From an uncultured Gammaproteobacteria bacterium (GTDB lineage Bacteria > Patescibacteriota > Microgenomatia > Levybacterales > GWA1-39-11): a stretch of 64,000 nt of DNA. This document shows, one piece after another, positions 48,927-58,697 of this stretch (position 1 is the first letter of the stretch; each line of letters opens with the position of its first letter). The notes beneath the pieces were generated by a model that ran no database searches, was not told where the DNA came from, and saw only the letters and a program-made list of their open reading frames with translations. The position numbers and the translations under genes were made by a program. The stretch is taken from NCBI GenBank assembly GCA_964394645.1, contig CAYMYC010000001.1, forward strand, positions 117,299 to 181,298, given 5' to 3'.

Positions 48927-48987
48927 GCGAGGCCGCGAAGCGGCCGAGCTAACAAAGAAGAGTTCTAACTTTTTCATAGATCTCGAC
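48927..48987 (+). repeat. Arm B' (right end, attR-like); inverted repeat of 43587-43647
   Basis: 61/61 reverse-complement identity, ending in the CGAC core. Confidence 0.97.
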
Positions 48988-49051
48988 TGAATAAAATATG
49001 AGGAAATGATTTTCAAGAACCTCTTCAGTAAGTGTCTGGTATACTGAGAAA

Positions 49052-49648
49052 ATGAATTTGTTTACTTTTTTGCTTCAGAGCAATATCCAAGTAATTATAG
49101 GAGTGCATCTAGTAGGTGTAGTAATAGGATTTGGAGGCGCAATAATCACAGATATACTTTTTTTAAAATTCGTAAGAAATGGCAAAATCGTCAAAAGTGA
49201 GGTGGGTGTTCTTGTAACTATGTCAAAAATAATTTGGGCAGGCATTTTGATAATTGCTGTTACCGGTCTTTTTATTTTACTTTCAGATGTAGAACGCTAT
49301 ACTCATTCAGCAAAATTTTTACTTAAAATGTTGGTGGTTTGGGTAATAGTTATTAATGGATTAATCTTAAATTTTGTTATAACGCCTACATTACCTCTTG
49401 TCAATTTTGGGAAAATAAGTAATTCAAAGGATAAGACAAATAAAATAAGAAGCTTAGTATTTATAACAGGTGCAGTTTCCGCAACTTCATGGTGGACTGT
49501 TTTTATATTAGGAATGTTACGTTTTTCTCCTGTGTCTTTTACAGTTCTTCTGAGTATCTATTTGTTAATATTGGCAGGTGCAATTATAGGGAGCCTTGTA
49601 TTAAATAGTTTACTTGCAAAAGGCATTATCAAATATTCATCTTTGTAG
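49052..49648 (+). CDS. Hypothetical multi-pass membrane protein
   Basis: About five hydrophobic helices. Confidence 0.75.
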   Translation: MNLFTFLLQSNIQVIIGVHLVGVVIGFGGAIITDILFLKFVRNGKIVKSEVGVLVTMSKIIWAGILIIAVTGLFILLSDVERYTHSAKFLLKMLVVWVIVINGLILNFVITPTLPLVNFGKISNSKDKTNKIRSLVFITGAVSATSWWTVFILGMLRFSPVSFTVLLSIYLLILAGAIIGSLVLNSLLAKGIIKYSSL

Positions 49649-49684
49649 TGTTTAGAAAAAAAATAAATTATAATCTAGCAGTAA

Positions 49685-50077
49685 GTGGGCATGAATATGA
49701 ACAGACCAAATGGATTTCTTAGATTAGGGGGAGCAATCATTTTGATTATTGGATTACTGGGAGTTGTAGGTATTTTGGGACCCGATTCTTCTCAAAGTAT
49801 TTTCCAGTCTTACTGGTGGCTTGGAGAGCGGGAGAGTCATGTGTTTATTGCTACAGCAATCGCTTTACTTTTTATATCATTTACCTTTCCTGCGCTCTGG
49901 CAACGATATATAGTAATTATATTCGGTATTTTAGAGATATTAATTGGTTCATATACCTTTTTTGGTCAAAATATATTTGGGATAAATCTTGAGACTCCTT
50001 CAGATACTATAGTACACTTTATTATTGGTGGGTGGGCATTATACTCAGTATATGGAAAGTCTAGGGGGAAAAGATAG
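49685..50077 (+). CDS. Hypothetical four-TM membrane protein
   Basis: Hydrophobic helices with repeated H-containing loops. Confidence 0.7.
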   Translation: MGMNMNRPNGFLRLGGAIILIIGLLGVVGILGPDSSQSIFQSYWWLGERESHVFIATAIALLFISFTFPALWQRYIVIIFGILEILIGSYTFFGQNIFGINLETPSDTIVHFIIGGWALYSVYGKSRGKR

Positions 50078-50083
50078 TTGAGT

Positions 50084-50422
50084 ATGAAAAATCTATTAAA
50101 TAAAAAGTGTATTCCCTGTGAAAGTGGTGTCCCTCCGTTGACTTTGCCTCAGGTTGAAGAATATAGAAAACAAATCAATTCCTTATGGGAAGTCTTAGAT
50201 GATGGAAAAAAGATTAAAAGAAAATTTAAATTCAAAGATTTCAAGGAAGCAATAGTTTTTGTAAATAAAGTTTCAGAAGTAGCAGAAGAAGTACAACATC
50301 ATCCAGACATTAAAATTTTTTACAATATAGTTGAAATAACGCTTTGGACACATGCAATCGCAGGATTATCTGAGAATGATTTTATAGTTGCCGCAAGAAT
50401 TGATCAGGTTGGGTATAGATAA
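50084..50422 (+). CDS. Pterin-4-alpha-carbinolamine dehydratase
   Basis: CIPCE, FKFKDF, HHPDI, THAI.GLSENDFI.AA. Confidence 0.93.
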   Translation: MKNLLNKKCIPCESGVPPLTLPQVEEYRKQINSLWEVLDDGKKIKRKFKFKDFKEAIVFVNKVSEVAEEVQHHPDIKIFYNIVEITLWTHAIAGLSENDFIVAARIDQVGYR

Positions 50423-50440
50423 TCTTGAGTAAATTTAGAT

Positions 50441-51154
50441 ATGAAAGTGTTTCTGGGAGATAAAAAAGATGAACTCGCGGTTTTTGCAAAAGACGCACTT
50501 GAGAAAATATTTACCGAGCATCACAATAAGCACATATTATTTCTTACTTCTGGTGGGTCCTCTTTTAAATTATTGGACTTATTAGAAAGTTTGCCCTGTT
50601 ATATTTCCATTGGCGTATTAGATGAAAGGTATAGTACAGACAATGAAGTGAATAATTTTTCACAGCTTGTAGAAACACAGTTTTATATACGTTCTGAAAA
50701 ATTATTTGAACAAATTTTTAACACTACAGTACAGGTTGGTGAATCACTTGAGTCATTTTCATGCAGATTTGAAGCACTTATTAGAAAATGGAAATCTCAA
50801 TTTCCGGAGGGGATAGTAGTTGTAACATTGGGGATGGGAGAGGACGGACATATCTCTGGGATAATGCCATTTCCAGAAAATGATGTGGTTTTTGAAGGGC
50901 TATTTAATGATCCAAGAAATTGGATTGTAGGATATGATGCAGGAAATAAAAATAAATACCGATATCGGGTGACAACAACGTTATCATTTTTAAGAAATGA
51001 GGTTGATTTTGCAATTGCATATATTACGGGTGAAGAAAAAAAACATGCGCTAGGTATGTTTCTTGCAGATGAGGGAAAAATAAGTAGTATTCCTGCTCGG
51101 GTGATGCATGAAATGAAGAATGTTATTCTGTTTACAAACATAGAGACAGAATAA
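50441..51154 (+). CDS. 6-phosphogluconolactonase-like protein
   Basis: SGGSS, DERY, LGMGEDGH, GEEK, P motifs. Confidence 0.8.
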   Translation: MKVFLGDKKDELAVFAKDALEKIFTEHHNKHILFLTSGGSSFKLLDLLESLPCYISIGVLDERYSTDNEVNNFSQLVETQFYIRSEKLFEQIFNTTVQVGESLESFSCRFEALIRKWKSQFPEGIVVVTLGMGEDGHISGIMPFPENDVVFEGLFNDPRNWIVGYDAGNKNKYRYRVTTTLSFLRNEVDFAIAYITGEEKKHALGMFLADEGKISSIPARVMHEMKNVILFTNIETE

Positions 51155-51157
51155 GTT

Positions 51158-52147
51158 TTACTTTCTTTGAATGACTTTTTTGACTGAGGTTATGATATCG
51201 GACGTATCCATATGGTATTTTTTTAATAGTTCATCGGGCTTTCCTGATTCACCAAAAACATCTTGAAGCCCAATTCTTTCAAGAGGTGTAGGAAGCTGTT
51301 CTGAAAATACCTCTGCCAATAATCCACCTAATCCTCCTGTCACTTGATGGTCTTCTACTGATACTGCTGCGCGGGTTTTTTTCACTGATTCTATAGCCGC
51401 TTTCACATCAAAGGGTTTTATGGAGGCAATATTGAGAACTTCTGTGCTAATTCCTTCCTCATCCAAACGCTTTGCTGCAAGAAGAGCATAATAGAGCATA
51501 TATCCGGTTGCAAATATAGTTGCTTGTGGATTTTCCCCTAGCCAGTAGGTGTAAGCCCTTCCCTCCTCAAATGGGGTCTCAAGTGTTGTTATAATAGGTG
51601 TCTTATCCCTTGTAAAACGCAAATATACAGGTCCTATGACGTTTCCTGCAAGAATGGTAGCGCGTTCACCCTCTAATGCGTCACATGGTACTAAAACGCG
51701 GATATTTGGCCAAACACGGGTAATTGCTATATCTTCAGTTGCCTGGTGAGTAGCCCCATCCGGTCCAGTCATGATGCCTGCGTGATGACCGGCTATTTTT
51801 GCGTTCGCACCATTATATACAATTGTTGTTCTAATTTGTTCCCAGTTTCTCCCGGGAGAGAAGGTAGCATATGAAGAAATGAATGGAATCTTTCCGCTTA
51901 CACCTAACCCCGCTGCTACAGCTGCCATATTTTGTTCTGCTACTCCAACTTCAAAATACCTGTCGCTATATTTTTTTGCAAATGCTTCCACCTTGGTTGA
52001 TTCAGTAAGGTCTGCACAAAGTGCGACTACATTTGGATTTGTATCCCCTAGTTTTATGAGTCCAGTTCCATATCCTGAACGCGTCGCGTCCTTTTCAACA
52101 TTTTCATCAAATAATTTTGGATTTAATTTTAAGACAGGATTCAGCAT
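51158..52147 (-). CDS. Transketolase, C-terminal subunit
   Basis: VGVAEQN, GPDGATHQ, EDH...GGLG. Confidence 0.95.
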   Translation of the reverse strand: MLNPVLKLNPKLFDENVEKDATRSGYGTGLIKLGDTNPNVVALCADLTESTKVEAFAKKYSDRYFEVGVAEQNMAAVAAGLGVSGKIPFISSYATFSPGRNWEQIRTTIVYNGANAKIAGHHAGIMTGPDGATHQATEDIAITRVWPNIRVLVPCDALEGERATILAGNVIGPVYLRFTRDKTPIITTLETPFEEGRAYTYWLGENPQATIFATGYMLYYALLAAKRLDEEGISTEVLNIASIKPFDVKAAIESVKKTRAAVSVEDHQVTGGLGGLLAEVFSEQLPTPLERIGLQDVFGESGKPDELLKKYHMDTSDIITSVKKVIQRK

Positions 52148-52160
52148 AGTATTTGCATGA

Positions 52161-53030
52161 CTAGATAAATTTAATATTTTCTTTCAGCTTTTCCAATAGA
52201 GCATTAAGCTCATCTAGTGCTTTTGCAGCCTCATTTTTATTCGGTGCTTTGCCGTGCCATAGATAATCATTTTCCATAAATGAAACGTTTTTTCCGGGTA
52301 TCGTGTGTGCTATTATACAAGTTGGTTTTCCACGAGTTTTTCTAGCGCTTTGAACAGTTTGGACAAATCCCTCCATATCATGCCCGTCTGCTTCATACAC
52401 ATTCCAGTTAAATGATTCGTATTTTAATCGTAGAACTTCAAGGGGTACAATTTTTTCTGTCAGTCCATCAATTTGGATCATATTTCTATCAATTATGACA
52501 GTGAGATTATCCAATTCGTATTTAGGAGCAAGCATCACAGCTTCCCATGTATTGCCTTCCTGGTGTTCACCATCAGATGTAAGGCAATATACGTGCCAAT
52601 CTTTTTTATCCATTTTTGCTGCCAATGCCATACCTATTGCTTGAGATAATCCTTCTCCAAGCGGACCCGAGGTGTTTTCAACCCCTGGAGTAACTCCTCT
52701 GTGAGGGTGCCCTTGGAGGGGAGAATCAATTTTTCTGAGCTTATCGAGCCAATCAACGGGGAAATATCCTGCCTTTGCGAGTGTGGCGTATAATACTGGA
52801 CATATATGCCCGTTTGACAGAACTAGTCTATCCCTATCTTCCCATAGCGGATTATTAGGATCTTTGTTAAGAATATGAAAATACATGCAGGTAAAGATAT
52901 CTGACATTCCAAGTGATCCCCCGGGGTGACCTGATCCTGCTTTCTCAAGCATTTTTATAATCAATATCTGAATTTCCGTTGAAATAACCCGTAAATTATA
53001 AACTTCTTGTTGTGTAAGATTTGTAATCAT
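52161..53030 (-). CDS. Transketolase, N-terminal subunit
   Basis: SGHPGGSL, DRLVLSNGH, LQGHP, SDGEHQEG..WEA. Confidence 0.95.
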   Translation of the reverse strand: MITNLTQQEVYNLRVISTEIQILIIKMLEKAGSGHPGGSLGMSDIFTCMYFHILNKDPNNPLWEDRDRLVLSNGHICPVLYATLAKAGYFPVDWLDKLRKIDSPLQGHPHRGVTPGVENTSGPLGEGLSQAIGMALAAKMDKKDWHVYCLTSDGEHQEGNTWEAVMLAPKYELDNLTVIIDRNMIQIDGLTEKIVPLEVLRLKYESFNWNVYEADGHDMEGFVQTVQSARKTRGKPTCIIAHTIPGKNVSFMENDYLWHGKAPNKNEAAKALDELNALLEKLKENIKFI

Positions 53031-53060
53031 ATAAAACGCTTTCTAAAACCGGGTATACTA

Positions 53061-54344
53061 CTAATATTTATACACGATAAATAAATCTGAGACATTACTA
53101 GGTAATCGACCTGTTTCGATTCCATCTCCTACTTTTTCAAAAAAAGCTAGACTATCATTTTTTTGGAGACTTGTGTTTATGTCCAGTTGTAATTCTTCAC
53201 CACGTTCTTTAGTGCTGCTATCTCCAATTGCGCCAGCGAGCCTACTATTGTCCCAACCGTCTGAATCAAATGAGCACAAGATAGTGTTTTCAGGCATATC
53301 TTCAAGCGTACCCAATACTACTTCTTGGTTTCTTCCTCCTGCCCCTTCTCCTGTAACGTGTACTGTGGTTTCTCCGCCAGCGAGTAGTATGCTTTTGGTT
53401 TTTGTGATTTCGATAAGTGTTTTACCTGCGGTTTTTGCTTCATGCTCAAACTGATCACTATAGATTTCCGCGTCAATTTGGAATATGTGTGCCTTTTCTT
53501 GCATTGCTGATAATGCGCTATTATTTGAAAGCATTATGATATTTGTAATATTCTGGAAGATTGATTTTTCTTTTGGGGTTTCAAGAAGTGCATCTATCAC
53601 AAACGGTAAGGCTTCTTGCATGCTATACTTCTCAATTATTGCTTTAGCATCATCTACAGTTCCCTCGTCAAGGATAGTAGGACCAGAAGCTATTATAGAT
53701 AAGTCATTTCCCGGTACATCAGAAAAGATAAGACTTGCAACTCGGGATGGGAAAAGGACCTTTGCGAGTCCTCCACCCTTAACTTCCGACAAATGTTTTC
53801 GGACTGTATTCATTTCAGATATTGTTGCACCAGATTTGAGAAGTTCTTTGTTAACGTGTATTTTTTGATCTAGCGATATTTTATTTGGCGCAACAAGCAT
53901 TGCAGATCCTCCACCGCAAATAACTACAAGGACTAAATCCATTTGAGTTAGTTGAAGGGTAGCCAAGCGTTTTAATAAGGCTTGGGTGAATGCAGCATTT
54001 ATGGTGGAGGGAAGTGGATGGGATCCATTTGTAAAATGAACCTTTGTAAACTGTTCAGAATTTGTGTCTATAACGTGCCCCTCTGTCAGTCTTTCACCTA
54101 GTTTTTCTTCAATAATCTTTGCTATGCCCGCTGAGCCTTTCCCAAAGCCAATAAGAAAAATTCTTTGAAAGAGTGACAAATCAAATGATTGGTCTGAAAT
54201 AGTTAAGATGTTTCCGGTCAATTTGAAGTTGTTGTTCATTACATGGTCAGGCTGTATGGCTGATAAAGCGGCTTCAACAAGCTCTAATACTACCTTTCTT
54301 TCTTTCGTTGATGAAAGAGCGGAGAGATTTTTAATAAAAGTCAT
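53061..54344 (-). CDS. Glycerate kinase (MOFRL/GckA type)
   Basis: GFGKG, GGGSA, VKGGGLA, SDVPG..IASGPT, GGETTV, GGRNQE. Confidence 0.9.
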   Translation of the reverse strand: MTFIKNLSALSSTKERKVVLELVEAALSAIQPDHVMNNNFKLTGNILTISDQSFDLSLFQRIFLIGFGKGSAGIAKIIEEKLGERLTEGHVIDTNSEQFTKVHFTNGSHPLPSTINAAFTQALLKRLATLQLTQMDLVLVVICGGGSAMLVAPNKISLDQKIHVNKELLKSGATISEMNTVRKHLSEVKGGGLAKVLFPSRVASLIFSDVPGNDLSIIASGPTILDEGTVDDAKAIIEKYSMQEALPFVIDALLETPKEKSIFQNITNIIMLSNNSALSAMQEKAHIFQIDAEIYSDQFEHEAKTAGKTLIEITKTKSILLAGGETTVHVTGEGAGGRNQEVVLGTLEDMPENTILCSFDSDGWDNSRLAGAIGDSSTKERGEELQLDINTSLQKNDSLAFFEKVGDGIETGRLPSNVSDLFIVYKY

Positions 54345-54410
54345 GTATTTAGTATCTAGTATTTTATATCTAGTATCAAGTATGTTTGATGGTCTCAGAG
54401 CGCAGAGTTA

Positions 54411-55160
54411 TTATTTTTTTGTTTTACCGTGTTTCCAGTGAGCAGACTTGAGGAAAGTAGCGTACACATCATCATCTATGTTTATATTTGATGCTGATAT
54501 TTCCGCGTCTGTTGGATTGTGCTCTTGAAAGACTACAAAGGGTACATCTGTAATTACACCAAGAGGTGTTTGTTCTATTGTCTCTCCCATGAGAACTACT
54601 GCGGCGGCGGCAAGTCCATCCATAATATTTACTTTTGTCATTTTAAATTCCCGACCAAAAAGATCCTTTGAGCCTATATGATCATTTAATGCTTGAAAAC
54701 CACTATGAGCGAGTCCAATTCCAGTTACTCCCCATCTTAAAGGAGTAGTTTTGCTATCTGTAATAAGAATGCCTAAGTTTTTAATTTTGTGTTTTTCTCG
54801 TAAGTATGCGCGGATTTTATTCGCGCTTTCTTGTGCATTTTTTGGCCAGAATACAAAGTAACCATTTGTATTTGATTCATCAATCCCTGCTGTGGCAGCT
54901 AAGATATTATTTTTAATAGTTATATATACTCCATATTTGTTTTCTTCTTTTGGAAGATAAAGATCAGCCTCGCGCGCAACCAGTTCATCCTTTGTAGTCT
55001 CGGTCTCAGGGAGCATGTTTCCCTCACAGATAGCAACTATTTTTGAGGTTATTACAATGATTGAATTTTCTTCAAGTGGGGGTAAATACTGATCTAATAT
55101 GGGAAATATGTCAGTATCCGCCGCGGTTATTTTGTGAGTTTTAAAAGATTGAATGACCAT
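54411..55160 (-). CDS. CofE-like gamma-glutamate ligase family protein
   Basis: TSKIVAICEG, AGIDESN, ITDS...PLR.G, MGE..EQTP. Confidence 0.85.
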   Translation of the reverse strand: MVIQSFKTHKITAADTDIFPILDQYLPPLEENSIIVITSKIVAICEGNMLPETETTKDELVAREADLYLPKEENKYGVYITIKNNILAATAGIDESNTNGYFVFWPKNAQESANKIRAYLREKHKIKNLGILITDSKTTPLRWGVTGIGLAHSGFQALNDHIGSKDLFGREFKMTKVNIMDGLAAAAVVLMGETIEQTPLGVITDVPFVVFQEHNPTDAEISASNINIDDDVYATFLKSAHWKHGKTKK

Positions 55161-55228
55161 GTGGCTAATTTTATCATAATTTTCTATATATCAGATAAGA
55201 TTACAAATTGTAAGTTTTTATTGCATGT

Positions 55229-55353
55229 TTGCAAAGCAGGTGGGTTTTTAGATATAATATGTGGTAGACACGATGGTGATGAGTAATTATGGCACGCATA
55301 CACGCAATCATATCACCCTCTTTAAAGCTTATTTAAAAGCTTTTTCTTCGTGT
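55229..55353 (+). promoter_or_regulatory. Promoter and structured 5' leader of rny
   Basis: TTGCAA-18 nt-TATAAT (55229-55258), then three nested stems at 55268-55353. Confidence 0.45.
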
Positions 55354-55362
55354 AATTAAATT

Positions 55363-56541
55363 ATGACCGGACAAAAGACATTAGACCAATTACGTCAAGA
55401 ATATATTGAGAAGCTTGAGAAGGTTTCAGGTATTTCAAAAGACACGGCAAGGCAAGAATTACTTGCCGAAGCTGAGCATGACTCTTCAGAACAGCTTGCA
55501 AAAATAATTCGGGAAACAGAGGATCAGGCAAAGCTTACAGCAAATCACAAAGTTCAAGAAATTTTAGTTGATGCTATGCGTCATGGTGCTCTAAATTATA
55601 TCGCAGAATATACTGTTTCAACGATCAGAGTAGAATCAGAGGACGTAAAAGGTCGAATAATTGGAAAAGAAGGAAGAAACATACGTTCATTTGAAAACTC
55701 TACAGGTGTAGATGTTGATCTAGATGAAGAGGGAATTATCAGACTCTCTTCCTTTGATCCTGTAAGGCGTGAGATAGCAAGACGTTCGCTAGAGGTGTTA
55801 ATTAAAGATACTAGGATTCAACCAGTAAGAATTGAGGAGGTTGTGTCTGAAACTAAAAAAGAAGTAGATGCAATTTTGTTTGAAGAAGGAGAAAAGCTTG
55901 CTCATGAGGTAGGTGTATATAATCTTCAGCCAGATTTATTATCTATGTTAGGAAGATTTAAGTTTCGTACATCTTTTGGGCAAAATCTTGTCGTTCACAC
56001 GCTTGAGGAGACAAAAATTGGAATACAAATTGCTTCAGAAATTGGAGCAAACGTAGATATAGTGCGCTTAGGATGTCTTTTCCATGATATAGGAAAGATT
56101 GTGAATGACAAGGAAGGTAGTCATGTTGCCTTAGGAGTTGAGCTATTACAAAAGTACAAAATTTCAAAAGAGGTCATTAATTGTGTAGCAGAGCACCATG
56201 AAGATAAACCATTTTCATCAGTAGAATCAGTGATTGTGCATATTGCAGACTCTATATCAGGTGCTAGACCTGGAGCAAGGCACGAAGATGTACAGGATTA
56301 TGTAAAACGTATTCGTGACATGGAAGATATAGCAAAGAAGTTTGACGGAGTTGATGATGCGTACGCATTTGAAGCGGGTCGTGAGCTTAGAGTGATCATA
56401 AATCCTGGGAAATTAGATGATATTGAAACTACTATAATTGCAAAGAAAATTAAGGAAGAGATTGATAGTAAATTGATTGTTCCCGGAGTTGTAAGAGTTA
56501 CAGCTATCCGCGAATTTAGATCCACCGAACCTAAGGAATAA
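55363..56541 (+). CDS. rny: Ribonuclease Y (no N-terminal TM anchor)
   Basis: KGRIIGKEGRNIR KH domain, HDIGK HD domain, ADSISGARPGAR, AGRELRV. Confidence 0.93.
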   Translation: MTGQKTLDQLRQEYIEKLEKVSGISKDTARQELLAEAEHDSSEQLAKIIRETEDQAKLTANHKVQEILVDAMRHGALNYIAEYTVSTIRVESEDVKGRIIGKEGRNIRSFENSTGVDVDLDEEGIIRLSSFDPVRREIARRSLEVLIKDTRIQPVRIEEVVSETKKEVDAILFEEGEKLAHEVGVYNLQPDLLSMLGRFKFRTSFGQNLVVHTLEETKIGIQIASEIGANVDIVRLGCLFHDIGKIVNDKEGSHVALGVELLQKYKISKEVINCVAEHHEDKPFSSVESVIVHIADSISGARPGARHEDVQDYVKRIRDMEDIAKKFDGVDDAYAFEAGRELRVIINPGKLDDIETTIIAKKIKEEIDSKLIVPGVVRVTAIREFRSTEPKE

Positions 56542-56601
56542 TTGTATCTTGATTTACCATTTTAAATTTGCTTTTATATAAATAATCCAGTAAAATTCAC
56601 T

Positions 56602-57399
56602 ATGGGTCGAGAGTATAGAAACTATTCTCCAGAAAAGTCCATACTTTTAAAAGATGATCTCTTGCCTGCCGCAAAAAATTGGGTTAATTGGTGCTTTACT
56701 CCTCTTCAGCAGAAGCAAATAGAGCTTGGTTTAGACACTGTTATTAGAATGGAAGGATTACGAACAAAAAAATTCCCAGTCCCAGACGATTTTTTTCAGA
56801 CAAACTTAGACCATACACATAATATTATTAAAGATGCAAAACATATCCATGCAACAAAAAAGGAAATGTCAAAGTATATTAATTTTTCTGATGTTCAAAT
56901 AGATGGATTTGGTCATGATATCCCCGAAATATTAAGAAATGTAGGAGATGTGCAGCCCACAGAAAGAACAAAACGTGATTGGGCTAGAAAACGCTTGGAA
57001 CATATAGCTGCAAAAAATTATCTTATCCCTCTGATTAAAGATCCAGAAGCCCGTGCGGATGCGTTGAGACGATATATTGAGTATGAAAAAGCCGACCCAA
57101 GCAATTTAGAGGTTCAAATGGCAAAATATCTAGATCAAAAAGATGGAACCATAACCTATGCACATATTGTTTTTAATCGGTTTCAGGTAGAAACTGCAGA
57201 CACATTAAATATAATGCGGCTACATCTTTATGAAACGTTGCCTAAGATGATTACTCCCGCGATAAATTTATTAGTTGGTCTTCCAACAAGAGAAGCAAGA
57301 TTTGAGATGCGTGACATCTTAGTAAATGACCTGAAAGAGTTGGATAAGTTTGCACCTTCAGGCGTAGCAAGTCCTTACATTGAAAGGTTTACAGGGTAA
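56602..57399 (+). CDS. HD-domain-like hypothetical protein
   Basis: H...HDIPE...GD...D pattern. Confidence 0.55.
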   Translation: MGREYRNYSPEKSILLKDDLLPAAKNWVNWCFTPLQQKQIELGLDTVIRMEGLRTKKFPVPDDFFQTNLDHTHNIIKDAKHIHATKKEMSKYINFSDVQIDGFGHDIPEILRNVGDVQPTERTKRDWARKRLEHIAAKNYLIPLIKDPEARADALRRYIEYEKADPSNLEVQMAKYLDQKDGTITYAHIVFNRFQVETADTLNIMRLHLYETLPKMITPAINLLVGLPTREARFEMRDILVNDLKELDKFAPSGVASPYIERFTG

Positions 57400-57929
57400 T
57401 GCAAAATAGTTGGTATGTTATAACGGCAGGTCCTTCAGCAGGGAAAACTACAACCATAGAGCTTCTTTCACAAAAAGGCTATAGAGTTTCACATGAAACT
57501 GCTCGTAGATATATAGAATCGAAAATGAGCTTAGGGTATACTATGGCTGAAATAAGAGCGAATCAGCTTAATTTCCAAAAGGATATACTTCATATGCAAA
57601 TAGAGCTTGAAGGGTTGCTAGACCCTCATGAGCTTACATTTTTAGATAGGGCAGTACCAGACAGTATGGCATATCTGCGTTTTCGTAAGTGTGAAATACC
57701 ATATGATATTGAGGCGATACATAAGAGTACTTCAAAAAAATATAAAAAGGCTTTTGTTTTAGATGGACTTCCTGTGGTTAAGGACAATGTCAGAATTGAA
57801 TCAGACAAGCAAGCCGCGGAGATAACAAGATTTATTGAGAAGAGCTACTCTGAATTAGATATAGAAATAGTCAAAGTTCCAATAATGAGTAGAATTGAGC
57901 GGGTGGAGTTTATTTTAAAGAATTTATAA
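57399..57929 (+). CDS. NadR/AAA_28-like P-loop ATPase
   Basis: ITAGPSAGKTT, HETAR, FLDRA.PD..AY. Confidence 0.8.
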   Translation: MQNSWYVITAGPSAGKTTTIELLSQKGYRVSHETARRYIESKMSLGYTMAEIRANQLNFQKDILHMQIELEGLLDPHELTFLDRAVPDSMAYLRFRKCEIPYDIEAIHKSTSKKYKKAFVLDGLPVVKDNVRIESDKQAAEITRFIEKSYSELDIEIVKVPIMSRIERVEFILKNL

Positions 57930-57938
57930 GTATATTAT

Positions 57939-58697
57939 CTATTTTTTAATTTCGTCAATAAATTGTGAAAGGTGAGATAAATCTGAAAGCCCTTTAATTC
58001 CCATCTTTGCATCTATTGCCTCTCTTGTTAGCAAGAATATCTCAAGGGGTAAAGAAGCAAACTCTTCAGCTACATACGATAATCTACCAGGGTTTTTTTC
58101 TGGGGTAATTACCTTTAGGGCATTAGGTTTTTTGCTGTCTTCCAGAGGATATATTTCTCCTTCCCTCATTTGTTGCCACAAAATTGGTAGTCCCTTTTCT
58201 CTTCCATCTAACATGCTTCCTGCAAATTCATCAGGAGAGCCTATGTATACATTGTTAACCTTGTGAGTTAAAATTCTTGCAGTGCACATTGGGCATGGTT
58301 CCAGGCTAGTTATTATTGACCTTTCTTCGTTATGGTGAGGGGCAGCGCGTTGAAGGAGAATTCTATCTGCATATGTTTTTTCACCTCGCGCAAGGCTTTC
58401 TACGGCGTCAATTGCATCTTGCTCTGCGTGAAGGTGGGTGTCTTTTCTGCTGACAATTCCGTTCCTGCCTCCTATGACGTATTCTTTTCCACTATCCCTA
58501 AAGACATAAACAGCTCCTATCCCATAATTTCCTTCTTGGTTAGCAATAAGTGCTTGTTCGGCTGCATAAGATAAATATTCCTGAAAAGAGTATGTTTTGG
58601 AAGTTTCTCGCATCCTCTTAACTTCCGAATGAAAACGATTTTCCCTTGATGATTGTGGGGTGTGTTCTGTAATATTACTCATGCGTAAAGTATACAC
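57939..58697 (-). CDS. Zinc-dependent nucleoside deaminase (TadA/cytidine deaminase-like)
   Basis: HAE and LEPCPMC motifs. Confidence 0.85.
   Translation of the reverse strand: MYTLRMSNITEHTPQSSRENRFHSEVKRMRETSKTYSFQEYLSYAAEQALIANQEGNYGIGAVYVFRDSGKEYVIGGRNGIVSRKDTHLHAEQDAIDAVESLARGEKTYADRILLQRAAPHHNEERSIITSLEPCPMCTARILTHKVNNVYIGSPDEFAGSMLDGREKGLPILWQQMREGEIYPLEDSKKPNALKVITPEKNPGRLSYVAEEFASLPLEIFLLTREAIDAKMGIKGLSDLSHLSQFIDEIKK

Larger units (their letters stand above)
41950..48987. mobile_element. ~7.0 kb serine-recombinase integrative element at the 3' end of tRNA-Pro
   Basis: CGAC core at 41950-41953 and 48984-48987. The sequences inside both ends join into a junction that is present as an inverted copy at 43491-43647. 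Contains an integrase and accessory genes, and GC-rich non-coding tracts unlike the flanks. Confidence 0.85.

Noticed and set aside
41950-48987. Inverted repeats as IS terminal repeats or a composite transposon
   Set aside because: No DDE or HUH transposase and no target-site duplication. The repeats map to att-like junction arms.
41950-48987. Prophage, ICE, DGR or retron
   Set aside because: No capsid, terminase, conjugation, relaxase or reverse transcriptase genes are recognisable.
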